Of a stretch of 64,000 nt of DNA, positions 9,901 to 18,695 are shown one piece after another. The stretch is from an uncultured Pseudomonadales bacterium (GTDB lineage Bacteria; Patescibacteriota; Microgenomatia; UBA1400; Chazhemtobacteraceae), in the NCBI GenBank assembly GCA_964618725.1, contig CAZUBK010000001.1, positions 260,908 through 324,907 of the forward strand. The letters are read 5' to 3'. Both the position numbers and the translations under genes were made by a program. Every line of letters begins with the position of its first letter. Positions within the stretch are counted from its first letter, which is position 1. A model generated the notes under the pieces. The model ran no database searches and was not told the origin of the DNA. It saw only the letters and a program-made list of their open reading frames with translations.

Positions 9901-11313
9901 TCAATAATCCAGTATTTGTTTGATATTTAGACCGTTTAGATTTATGTCCATTAGAGTTTTTTGACCAACAATATCAGTACTTAGCGGTACTGGCATTGCA
10001 TTGAAGATTTCGATTAAGAGCTTTTGGGGATCTTTGTTTCTAAGTAGCAGTTCGAGAAAAACCCAGGGGTCAATGCTTGCATCGGGGCTCTGCCCTGTGG
10101 CGGAAAGGCGTACAAGGCCCACAGGCAAAAGGTATGTCCCAAAAGGATCTTTTAGATATGGTTCTGCTAGTAGATGGACCAATCCCGCCTTACTATCTTT
10201 GACCAACATGACAAGCGGGCCAAAACTTCCGAGTGAATAGCAGGCACTATAGATCGGAGCCCCACCCAACCATCCACCTAGTTCGTGAAGTTGATCCATG
10301 TTTTTCTGGCCAAGATTGGCTAGGGAATCTGACTTAACTTGCTTGCCATCGGGTAGGTTGGCAACGACGAGACTATGATTCATTTGCGATTCAAGACGTG
10401 ACGCTATCTGTCGGAGGGACAATTTACCAATGAAGGTCCCTGAGAGGAGTAATTCTGCCGGTGTCACGTAAATCGGTACGGTAAATCCCATTAGTTTTGA
10501 AACGTGATTGGCAAGATAGAGCATTCCACTGCGATACCAGTTGGCAAAACTATTATTCTCCGCTAGCTTAACTGCTGTAGGAATGACTAAATCAAGACCA
10601 GCGGCTTTAAGAAAGTTAAAGATATCGTCTGGATTGACTGGATGGGTGGGCTTGGCGTCAAAAGGCAAAGCAAGTGTGGAAAATGGAGTGTCAGAAAATA
10701 ACGCTAGACTTGGCCCGAGAACTCGATTCCAGTAATCACCAATGCTGTGAGCATGGCTATACGTATCATATACGCCTGGTAGATTAAGATAGTTGGCTGA
10801 TTTAATGACTTGTAATAATTCGAAGACATTGGCTGGGTCGGTGGTGCCGTAATACAATGGTGGCGCTGATATGCCAAGGGATTCGTTAAACAGTGTATTG
10901 GTTCCGATAATCTCGATTGGTTTGGTTATTACCCGTCCAGTTGCTAAGAATTTTTCAAATAGGATTCCGCCAGCACGAGATTTAACTGCCTTTGGCGCAG
11001 TCCATTCTTTGGTGACGTTTCGTAACATGGCAAGCAAATGGGCTGTCTCAATTCGTACCAGTCGGTCCTTGTTGATTATCAAAACAATTTTGTTTGCTAA
11101 TTCTCCACACCAACTAGGAATCTGATGGGCAGTTTTTCCCTCTGAAAGTGAAAACGACTTTTTCCCCATTTCAGATTTATCAGATGACCAACAATATATT
11201 TCTTTGCTTCCGCCTTCAGGAAGTAGAAAAACTCCTGACTCCTGAACTAAAGCACCTAGTTTTGTCAGGAAACTAACTGCGACCTGGTCATTCACATCGA
11301 CAACGATTTTCAC
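9901..11313 (-). CDS. Hypothetical protein (470 aa), unknown function
   Basis: Long intact ORF with no TM helices and no motif I recognise. Co-oriented with the kinase, deacetylase and GT4 block. Confidence 0.5.
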   Translation of the reverse strand: MKIVVDVNDQVAVSFLTKLGALVQESGVFLLPEGGSKEIYCWSSDKSEMGKKSFSLSEGKTAHQIPSWCGELANKIVLIINKDRLVRIETAHLLAMLRNVTKEWTAPKAVKSRAGGILFEKFLATGRVITKPIEIIGTNTLFNESLGISAPPLYYGTTDPANVFELLQVIKSANYLNLPGVYDTYSHAHSIGDYWNRVLGPSLALFSDTPFSTLALPFDAKPTHPVNPDDIFNFLKAAGLDLVIPTAVKLAENNSFANWYRSGMLYLANHVSKLMGFTVPIYVTPAELLLSGTFIGKLSLRQIASRLESQMNHSLVVANLPDGKQVKSDSLANLGQKNMDQLHELGGWLGGAPIYSACYSLGSFGPLVMLVKDSKAGLVHLLAEPYLKDPFGTYLLPVGLVRLSATGQSPDASIDPWVFLELLLRNKDPQKLLIEIFNAMPVPLSTDIVGQKTLMDINLNGLNIKQILDY

Positions 11314-11403
11314 TTCTCTGTCTCCTTTTTTTGGAAATGTAAACGGTCAAGAGAAAAAGATATTCGTGTATCTTCTTATCTTGAAATATCAATTTTAAGG
11401 TAC

Positions 11404-11455
11404 AAAAAAACTTCCCGCTGTCAGTCACTGAGGCTGAAAGTGGGAAGTTTTTTAC
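11404..11455 (-). terminator. Rho-independent terminator, bidirectional (A-run, hairpin, T-run)
   Basis: aaaaaaa-CTTCCCgctgtcagtcactgaggctgaaagtGGGAAG-tttttt, between the GT2 operon end and the 9901..11313 start. Confidence 0.5.
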
Positions 11456-11596
11456 TTTTGTTTTTCTTACTTAACTTCTACACCAATAGCCTCCGTGCTA
11501 AAGCGGAGCCAACGATAGGCGTGGTGTTTCTTCAAAGTAAGTAACATTTGATGAATTAAAGCAGAAAAAAAGTTGCCTGTCAACTTTTTTATGGGC

Positions 11597-12397
11597 TTAC
11601 GAGTTCCATTCATTAAGAATTTTTTTATCAATACGAGCGTATGTTTGTTTGAGTTTAGGGTGGCGCTGTAGTTGCCACAGTTGGACGTAGGTGAGAAAAC
11701 GGGAAAACATTTGATAGATAACTTCAATGTTGCCTTCGTTACCATCTCGCCAGAGGCCTTGCTTGACGAATCGAGTAAAGAATTCAGTAAAAAGGATGCG
11801 CCAAAACCGCCAACCTTTCATGGGAGGATGATTGGCTTTAAGAAGCATCTTGGCCTCAAGCCTTGACCAATTCAGGGTATTGAGAAGCTTTTCTTCAATA
11901 TTTTTGTGAGTCAAATGAACTAGAGATCCCTTAAGGGTGCCGATACTACCTTCGATGAGGGGTTGTTCGTGAAGTTTGCCCGTCCATTTCTTAAGAGCTG
12001 ATTTCTTGATGAGACGAAGAACATAGGAGTCGGGCCAGTGCTTGAGGTGTTTACCAAGAAGAATCTCAAAACGATGGATACGATAGGCGGCATGAGAGGG
12101 ATTTTGAATTATATTTAGGATCTCGTCGGCGAGAGGCTTGGGGACACGCTCGTCGGAATCGATATAGAGGAGCCACTCAGAGGAAGAATACTCTGCCCCA
12201 GTATCTCTCCATTTGGCAAAGTTTTGATTACTGCTTACTTTGATTATCTTATCGACAAAAGGTCTGACAAGCTTAAGAGTATTGTCGGTTGATCCTGTAT
12301 CGACGAAGATTATTTCGTTGGCGAAGCGGACTGTTTTAAGAGTGGGGACAACCTCATGGGCAACGTTTTTGCCTAGAATGATTACAGAAAGAGACAT
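11597..12397 (-). CDS. Glycosyltransferase family 2 (GT-A fold)
   Basis: MSLSVIILGKN...FVDTGSTDNT...LLYIDSDERV (DxD). The track start at 12436 is probably over-extended; an ATG at 12397 lies 2 nt after the stop of the upstream gene. Paralog of 17781..18695. Confidence 0.75.
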   Translation of the reverse strand: MSLSVIILGKNVAHEVVPTLKTVRFANEIIFVDTGSTDNTLKLVRPFVDKIIKVSSNQNFAKWRDTGAEYSSSEWLLYIDSDERVPKPLADEILNIIQNPSHAAYRIHRFEILLGKHLKHWPDSYVLRLIKKSALKKWTGKLHEQPLIEGSIGTLKGSLVHLTHKNIEEKLLNTLNWSRLEAKMLLKANHPPMKGWRFWRILFTEFFTRFVKQGLWRDGNEGNIEVIYQMFSRFLTYVQLWQLQRHPKLKQTYARIDKKILNEWNS

Positions 12398-12401
12398 ATG
12401 A

Positions 12402-13871
12402 TTATTGTAGCCTACTCCAGGTGTGCTGCTCCACAAAAAGGTCGTGGCTTCTATACGACTCTTTGACAGGGCCGAAATTTTTCTCGACTTGTGTTTGCCA
12501 CTTTAGAAGATTCTCTGGCCGGTCATAATCTGGTTCGAAAATCGCGAAAAACATCGTGGCTTCTTTCAAGTCGTTTGGGGAGAAGCCACCCATTTTCTCG
12601 GGAAGGTAGCCGAACTGTTGTTGGCCATACCAAAGAAAGCTATATCGCCATGGCTCGTCTTGAAAGTAGGGAAGGACATAGAACCAGGTGGCGAATGGAT
12701 TCCCCTCTGCTTTTGCATATACCCAGTCAACAATATTTCTACGATCTTGAATGGTAGTCAGATTGGAGGTGCCGATGGGGGTAAGACCAGCAGAGGGGTA
12801 GAGAAGGCTTTGGTTGTGGGTGAGGTTAATGAGAATTAGGGCGAAGATAATGGGGAGGACAAGATATTGATGCAACTGAAGAATAGCCCAGCCAATTAAA
12901 GCAAGCATTAGTGGCCAGGTATGAATAAAGAAGAAACCGATGGCGCCGCGTCTAAGCAAACCATAAGTAAGAATGGAGATAAATAGGTAACTCCAGACCA
13001 AACGGATAGTCTTGGTAGAGAGACTGCGTGAAAACAAAAGGGCAAGAATGAAGAGGGCAGTCGAAAAGACGGAGTACTTGTAACTAATCATGTAACTTAT
13101 CTGTTCGAGAAAAGTACGGGTGGTGTTGTAAAAGGGAAGCAGACTGAAGGAGAATCCATCCCCTCCTTGGAAAAGACCAAGAATGGCTTTGGTTGAGACA
13201 TAATCGTGACGCAATTCAAAAAGAATCTGAGGAAGAGAAGGCAATACGATGCCGATTAAAAGAATGGAGAGTGTTTTGAGATTTAGTTGGGAACGAAAGA
13301 TAAAAAGGATGGCTGGAATAAGGGAAAAGGCCATGGCGCCGTCAAGTTGAGCGACTAGACCAATTAGTAATGAAATTATTAACCATCTTTTTTGGGTCCA
13401 CTGGTGGAGCTGATAGGCAATTAAGAAGATGAGGATATTGGCAACGGGCAGAATGGGAGGAACATTGTTTAACCAACGACTGTAGCCTATTAACATATGG
13501 GAGACAGAATAGAGAATGAGGGTTAACATGGCGGTCTTTTTGTTAAAAAGTTTTGTCAGCCCTAAATACAAAAATGGGAGAGTGGTGACTTCGAGAAGGA
13601 TTTGAAAGACTACGGCAGTCACAGGATTTCCGGAAGAAAGAAAATAGGGAATAGAGAGTAAGTGATAGTAGAGTGAACCGTGAAAGATACCATCGACATC
13701 GGTGGGATGTCCGAGTAATTTGAGTTCACGATCGTGCCAGATAGACCAGGCACCTAGAGCATGCACCCCTTGATCCCGGTGAAAAAGCAGATCAGTATCG
13801 ATGCGCCAAAGTCGTAAGATGGCACTTAAGAGAAGGACTGATATGAGGAAAATAATTTCTTTATTTTTCAT
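12402..13871 (-). CDS. GT-C fold membrane glycosyltransferase, PMT_2/ArnT-like paralog
   Basis: 489 aa polytopic protein. HRDQGVHALGAWSIW...GHPTDVDGIFHGSLYYH matches the paralog motif. Confidence 0.7.
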   Translation of the reverse strand: MKNKEIIFLISVLLLSAILRLWRIDTDLLFHRDQGVHALGAWSIWHDRELKLLGHPTDVDGIFHGSLYYHLLSIPYFLSSGNPVTAVVFQILLEVTTLPFLYLGLTKLFNKKTAMLTLILYSVSHMLIGYSRWLNNVPPILPVANILIFLIAYQLHQWTQKRWLIISLLIGLVAQLDGAMAFSLIPAILFIFRSQLNLKTLSILLIGIVLPSLPQILFELRHDYVSTKAILGLFQGGDGFSFSLLPFYNTTRTFLEQISYMISYKYSVFSTALFILALLFSRSLSTKTIRLVWSYLFISILTYGLLRRGAIGFFFIHTWPLMLALIGWAILQLHQYLVLPIIFALILINLTHNQSLLYPSAGLTPIGTSNLTTIQDRRNIVDWVYAKAEGNPFATWFYVLPYFQDEPWRYSFLWYGQQQFGYLPEKMGGFSPNDLKEATMFFAIFEPDYDRPENLLKWQTQVEKNFGPVKESYRSHDLFVEQHTWSRLQ

Positions 13872-15661
13872 TTCAAAACGACGTAGTAGCCGTTCTCGAA
13901 TAGCTTAGAGGAAGGAGAAAGCTTAAGCAAGTTCTCTTGACCATATCGGTCGTCTTTGCTGACTATTTGTTTATCTAGATACTCTGATACCTCAAATTCT
14001 TGTTTACCAAACCAAGGGAACTTAGGAGTAAGTTTTTTTCTGATACTCAGGAAATTCTCGAGAACGGGAAAGTCAAAATGGTGGATGCCGATCTTGAAAC
14101 TTGGGAAACGAATACCGATTAGACTTTCTGGGCCAATGGCTAGCCCCAAGTACTTTTGTCCATGAAGACTGGAAAAGCGAATGTCGGGAACAAAAGAGGA
14201 GAGTCTAGTGAGAAACGACTTAAGACAGGAATTGGGCAATTGATATCCTCCGATGATTTCGTAGCAGCGAGTGATTGAACTGGGCAGTGTGTTTTTGGGT
14301 GAGGGGATGGGGAGAGGAAAGGCGGTGAACTCGGGCCTCAATGCCTTGAGACGGAGTACTTGAGTGTCGAAAGTAAGGATGGCTTGATCTTTGCTGTTGG
14401 TTATCCCGAAACCAGTATTGCTACCAAGAATTAGTTGATTATTAAAGACGACTTGATCGATGGCGGCGGGAACCAGTCGGCTTAGATTATGCCGAGAGTC
14501 GATCTGAGATTGGTCGTTATCGTGCCAGATGTTCTGATGGTAGAAACGAAGGTCTTTGAGGATGACTTGACCGTCTTCTACAAAGAGACCTAGGCGATAG
14601 TTGCTATTCATGTACCAATATGAGGTCTTGTCTCCGTTTGAGGAACTTAAAAAAACGGGAGGAGAGACCGATTCAAATTTGCTACGGTACAGCTTGTTGA
14701 ATTCACTAAGAGTAGTAGTCTTCAGGGATGACCTCCCACGGGGATCTTCGACCTGTAGGTCACTTAGATCCTTGAGTTGATTCTTTAGTTCAGGTAGATA
14801 CTCACTGCTCACCTCGCCGACTTCGAGACCAATGACTACTTGGGAAATGGAACCGACAGCATTGATCGTCGAATCCTTGAGAAGCTTAGTGAAATAAGAA
14901 TGAGGAAGCTTTTTGGAACGGTAGTAGTCATTCAGTTGAAGACTAAAGTTACTAAACTCAACACTGTCACCGTAACTTAATGTCGGCTCCCTCGGCGCCC
15001 AGAGAACTTTTAAGACATTAGTACTGTCAGTAGCACTTTGAGCGGGTTCGATGGCGGACTTTTTGCTAACAAAGTAGGGCTGGTTGATGTACTGACCCCA
15101 AGTTTGATAACCATCGGTGGAGTATTGATCGGCAAGGCCAAGATTGATATTGGCACCATATTTTTCTTTTATGTACTCCAGGGAATACACATCGGTGTAC
15201 CAAGAGCCATAAGAAGAGGGATAATAGCCAAAAGTATCCTTAAAAGAAGTAAAGGCTTTGTCGATGATCTTACGACGATCTATTAATGAATATCCCGAAA
15301 GAAAGAGCTTGTGAGCCGAGCTCCAGTGATCGTTTTCCCAATCGAATACAACAAAACTATCCTCGGCTAGTTGTCGGGTTACTTCGAGAAACAAACCGAT
15401 CTCTTGATTTGCAGGCAGTTCTTTAAGCCGACCGAGAATCTCTTTGTCTCGTAGGACGTCGTAATGCAAGACCCAAGTGGCGGGAAGCTTACTTTCTAAA
15501 ACGATTTTTTTAAGATTGGTGAAATGACGAATGTCCCCTCCCTCGCGCCAATACTCTCTACCCCGAACAGGAAAAACGGGAGTGACAAAGTTTTGCTCAG
15601 CGGCGTGCACGTTAACGGGAAGAAGAAAAAGAGAGAGAAGTAATAGAAAAGCTACAATCAT
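13868..15661 (-). CDS. Secreted protein with a conserved N-terminal domain also found at the N-terminus of 18692..21832
   Basis: Signal peptide MIVAFLLLLSLFLLPVNVHA. Shared block PVFPVRGREYW...PATWVLHYDVL...FLEV...GYYPSSYGSWYTDVYSLEYIKEKYG, versus PIREIL...TWLLDYKVL...LLEV...GFYPKSVGGTYLDSFSLEYLQKKYS in the other protein. Confidence 0.7.
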   Translation of the reverse strand: MIVAFLLLLSLFLLPVNVHAAEQNFVTPVFPVRGREYWREGGDIRHFTNLKKIVLESKLPATWVLHYDVLRDKEILGRLKELPANQEIGLFLEVTRQLAEDSFVVFDWENDHWSSAHKLFLSGYSLIDRRKIIDKAFTSFKDTFGYYPSSYGSWYTDVYSLEYIKEKYGANINLGLADQYSTDGYQTWGQYINQPYFVSKKSAIEPAQSATDSTNVLKVLWAPREPTLSYGDSVEFSNFSLQLNDYYRSKKLPHSYFTKLLKDSTINAVGSISQVVIGLEVGEVSSEYLPELKNQLKDLSDLQVEDPRGRSSLKTTTLSEFNKLYRSKFESVSPPVFLSSSNGDKTSYWYMNSNYRLGLFVEDGQVILKDLRFYHQNIWHDNDQSQIDSRHNLSRLVPAAIDQVVFNNQLILGSNTGFGITNSKDQAILTFDTQVLRLKALRPEFTAFPLPIPSPKNTLPSSITRCYEIIGGYQLPNSCLKSFLTRLSSFVPDIRFSSLHGQKYLGLAIGPESLIGIRFPSFKIGIHHFDFPVLENFLSIRKKLTPKFPWFGKQEFEVSEYLDKQIVSKDDRYGQENLLKLSPSSKLFENGYYVVLK

Positions 15662-15687
15662 GAGCTGATTGTAGCTGATTAAAGTGC

Positions 15688-15891
15688 CTATTTACTCACA
15701 AGATTGAGAAGTTCAGGTAACACAAGTTTGGCATAACTGATACCAACAAAGAAACCGACTATAGAGCCATAAACAAGTTGAAAGGTATGACCTCGTTTAT
15801 CAATCGCAAAAAAAACAGATCCAACCACTTCAAAGAACCAATATAAAACTCCTGCGACATAGACAAGTGATATAACAGCAAAAAGAACCAA
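15688..15891 (-). CDS. Small two-TM membrane protein (67 aa), hypothetical; TTG start
   Basis: The listed start codon is TTG. The sequence has two clean TM helices. An alternative 48-aa frame with GGAGGT-N6-ATG (15759..15941) competes for this DNA. Confidence 0.2.
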   Translation of the reverse strand: MVLFAVISLVYVAGVLYWFFEVVGSVFFAIDKRGHTFQLVYGSIVGFFVGISYAKLVLPELLNLVSK

Positions 15892-15909
15892 GCGCTAAGA
15901 TTCATCTCA

Positions 15910-16101
15910 TCACCTCCATGCTGAGAAATATGGGTATACAAAGTGGAAATAGATCAATACCATTGGTATCGCGACTAAGATGACTGATAGAAGCTGAATC
16001 TTAAGTCTCTTTGAGAGACTCGCGACCCCCGCCATCATAGAGCCAGTAGCAGCTAACCAGGAAATAGTTACTGCCCAGAATCCAGTTTCGTAAACATCCA
16101 T
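15910..16101 (-). CDS. Small two-TM membrane protein (63 aa), hypothetical
   Basis: ATG preceded by GAGGTGAAAC. Two hydrophobic helices. Confidence 0.35.
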   Translation of the reverse strand: MDVYETGFWAVTISWLAATGSMMAGVASLSKRLKIQLLSVILVAIPMVLIYFHFVYPYFSAWR

Positions 16102-16164
16102 GTTTCACCTCGACTATGAAAATGTGCGTGTTATAAGTTTATCATCGAAGCGACAAAATGTCTA

Positions 16165-16193
16165 TTGACATTCGTATTTTATTTGGTTTAAAT
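16165..16193 (+). promoter_or_regulatory. Sigma70-like promoter for 16246..16731 (TTGACA-17-TTAAAT)
   Basis: ttgaca at 16165-16170, a 17-nt spacer, ttaaat at 16188-16193. Confidence 0.45.
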
Positions 16194-16245
16194 AGATGTA
16201 GGTTCGGAAATACTCTAAAGGATTGTAAATAGCATATTGACTAAG

Positions 16246-16731
16246 ATGAACACGAAGAAGGTTGTGGAAATACTATTCTGGGAATACATAAAAGGTACGA
16301 GGGCAGAAGCAATTGTCACTAACGTTACGTCTTTTTTGTGCCACCTACCTAACGGCGTTAAAGTTGCTATGGAGCTACCTTCCTCCAAGGTCTATGTGAC
16401 GACTAGAATGATTAAACATTTGTATGATGCGAAACCAGCTGAAGAATTTCACTTTGTGGTAGATAATCTACTTACTCTTATTAGATGCCCTGACGAAATA
16501 TACCTAAACAGAGGTTCAAAGAGAGCTAGTTTTTGCATACTGAAAAAAGTAAAAGGAGAATACTATTTTTGTCCTCTGGAAATCGTAAACCACGAAGAAG
16601 AGCTCGCCGAAGAGAAACTAAATGGATTGTATGTCGTGACCGCTTTTAGATTAAGAAGAAAACAAAAAGATAAATATTTGAGAAATTATAAACTGGTGTG
16701 GAGATGGAGGGACGACGTTTCCTCATCGTAA
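16246..16731 (+). CDS. Hypothetical protein (~161 aa); the only plus-strand gene in a ~35-kb minus-strand run
   Basis: The track start at 16237 is TTG. The first ATG is at 16246 (MNTKKVVEIL...). Flanked by non-coding DNA on both sides. Lys/Arg-rich C-terminus (RLRRKQKDKYLRNYKLVWRWRDD). Confidence 0.55.
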   Translation: MNTKKVVEILFWEYIKGTRAEAIVTNVTSFLCHLPNGVKVAMELPSSKVYVTTRMIKHLYDAKPAEEFHFVVDNLLTLIRCPDEIYLNRGSKRASFCILKKVKGEYYFCPLEIVNHEEELAEEKLNGLYVVTAFRLRRKQKDKYLRNYKLVWRWRDDVSSS

Positions 16732-16860
16732 CGCTTTGGATGTCAGTTTCCTGATCTACTTGCGCCCCGCAGTAGAGCCGATTATTTCTGCATTTCAACC
16801 CCACATCAGTTAACAATTAAAGTTCTAGGTTTTATTATACAGGAGTTAGTCAAATGTTAA

Positions 16861-17775
16861 CTACTTTAGCCACGAGCCTTTGCCGAACCTACCCCGAAAG
16901 AAGTCAATTACAGCAGTCCTTTGTGCTTTGGTTCCGGAAATGAGAAAACGGATGGCCTCGCGCAAAAGGGCGAACCGAGTACGGAGGGAGGCATAAGTAA
17001 AACCAAAAAGAAGCCTATTCCTGGTGATGAAGTAATCGTTTAGAGAGGAGCCTACTCCTGAGCTCTGGGAGACTTTGTGCCACAAATAAATAGTGGGATC
17101 AAAGACAACTTGCCAACCCTTCCGCTTGGCTCTGATGGAGAGTTCGAGGTCTTCGAGATAGAGGAAGTAACGCTCGTCAAAGAGGCCGATCTGATCAACG
17201 ACCTCTTTTTTGATGAGTAGACAGGCACCGGTGGCAAAATCAGTTGGGGTGGTTTTTTTGAATTGCCCCTTATCTACCTCATCTACATGGGCATTGCTGC
17301 CAAGGACGTTGTTAATATCAAGTATTCCACCAGCACTCCAGATAACTTTACCTAATTCATTTTTCTCATACCTATCTTTGTGAAATTCGTAGCCCTGTGC
17401 AAAATAGATCTTGGGAGTAACTAGGCCAACACTGGGATCATTGATGGCGCTGTTAATCAAATCGGTAAAAAATGATTTTGGGACAACAGTGTCGTTATTG
17501 AGAAAAAGAATATGGGAAGGATTATTCTTTAGAGCTTCTTTGACTCCAAGATTGTTACCGCCGGCAAAGCCGGTATTGGTAGAAGCGACAATTAGTTTGA
17601 CCTGTTTTTGGAGGCTCTTTTTTAGAATCTTCAGCGAATCATCGGTAGAAGCATTTTCGACTACGATAATTTGATGTGAGAAGTCCTTAGGAACATTTGC
17701 CTCTGCAAGAGAATTAAGACACTCAAGAGTGTCTTTGGCTGTGTTGTAATTGACAAGGACGATACTTAGTTGCAT
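16861..17775 (-). CDS. Glycosyltransferase family 2 (rhamnosyl/GlcNAc-transferase-like GT-A)
   Basis: MQLSIVLVNYNTAKDTLECLNSL...IIVVENASTDDS...FLNNDTVV; classic GT2 N-terminal and DxD motifs. Confidence 0.8.
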   Translation of the reverse strand: MQLSIVLVNYNTAKDTLECLNSLAEANVPKDFSHQIIVVENASTDDSLKILKKSLQKQVKLIVASTNTGFAGGNNLGVKEALKNNPSHILFLNNDTVVPKSFFTDLINSAINDPSVGLVTPKIYFAQGYEFHKDRYEKNELGKVIWSAGGILDINNVLGSNAHVDEVDKGQFKKTTPTDFATGACLLIKKEVVDQIGLFDERYFLYLEDLELSIRAKRKGWQVVFDPTIYLWHKVSQSSGVGSSLNDYFITRNRLLFGFTYASLRTRFALLREAIRFLISGTKAQRTAVIDFFRGRFGKGSWLK

Positions 17776-17780
17776 AAGTA

Positions 17781-18695
17781 TTACAACTTAGGGATGACTT
17801 TTCTCTTGAACTTAAGAAAAAGACGAGCGAGAAAGGGTTTAGTAAAATCGAGACGGAAGGTATAGAACCAAAAGAGGAAGTCTTTAAACTTTGTGACGAG
17901 TAAGCGATCAAGCTCGCGTATAAAGGGAGTACCGGATTGTTTTTTGAAATCTTGCTGTTCCCAGACAAGAAGATAAACAGTGAACTCGGAGAATGCCTGG
18001 AGGAGGGCGAGAACTAATCCGTGAAGGCCGTCTTTGTAGCCTTGGCCAGCAAAGAAACGGGAGAGGAACTCACCTAGAGGCTTGGTGATGAGATCGGTCC
18101 AGTGAAATTTATATTCTTTCTTGATCAGCTCTTTAGCTTGAACTCTGGTGTAGCGGTGGAAGCGCTCAAAATAGCTTTGGATGGAGGGATAGTTGTAGTG
18201 AAGTAGAGCAAGACCTTCTTCGGCCGGGAGAGTAAGACCTTCACCATAAGTAATGGGGATGGAGTGAATGGCATTTTGCCACTCTACCTGGTCTTTCTTG
18301 AAAAAGCGGATATTGTAGTCAGGCCACCAACGGGAGTGCTCAAGCCATTCTCCAAAGGCAATGTTTTTTCGAGGAATGCGAACAAAGTTGTATTTGTCTT
18401 CAAGAGCGATTTGATAGAGCTTAGCTGCGAGATCTTTGGGGACACGTTCATCGGCATCAATGATGAGCAACCAATCGCCTTTGGCTTGTTTGATGGCAAA
18501 GTTTCGAGCTGGCTCAACGTAGCCCATGCGTTTGTGATTGAAAACATTCTTGGTATACTTGTAACTTAAATCTTTGGTCCTGTCATCTGAATCCATGTCA
18601 ACGACGACTATCTCGTCGACCCAATCAAGTGACTTGAGACAGTCAATGATATTCTTTTCTTCGTTAAGAGTGTTAATGATGGCGGATATCTTCAT
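17781..18695 (-). CDS. Glycosyltransferase family 2 (paralog of 11597..12397)
   Basis: MKISAIINTLNEEKNIIDCLKSL...IVVVDMDSDDRT...LLIIDADERV. The C-terminal half aligns with the 11597 protein. Confidence 0.8.
   Translation of the reverse strand: MKISAIINTLNEEKNIIDCLKSLDWVDEIVVVDMDSDDRTKDLSYKYTKNVFNHKRMGYVEPARNFAIKQAKGDWLLIIDADERVPKDLAAKLYQIALEDKYNFVRIPRKNIAFGEWLEHSRWWPDYNIRFFKKDQVEWQNAIHSIPITYGEGLTLPAEEGLALLHYNYPSIQSYFERFHRYTRVQAKELIKKEYKFHWTDLITKPLGEFLSRFFAGQGYKDGLHGLVLALLQAFSEFTVYLLVWEQQDFKKQSGTPFIRELDRLLVTKFKDFLFWFYTFRLDFTKPFLARLFLKFKRKVIPKL

Noticed and set aside
13868-15661. Polysaccharide deacetylase (NodB/CE4) call for the shared secreted domain
   Set aside because: The TFDDG, H(S/T)xxH and RxPY motifs of CE4 enzymes are absent. 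The domain is left unassigned.
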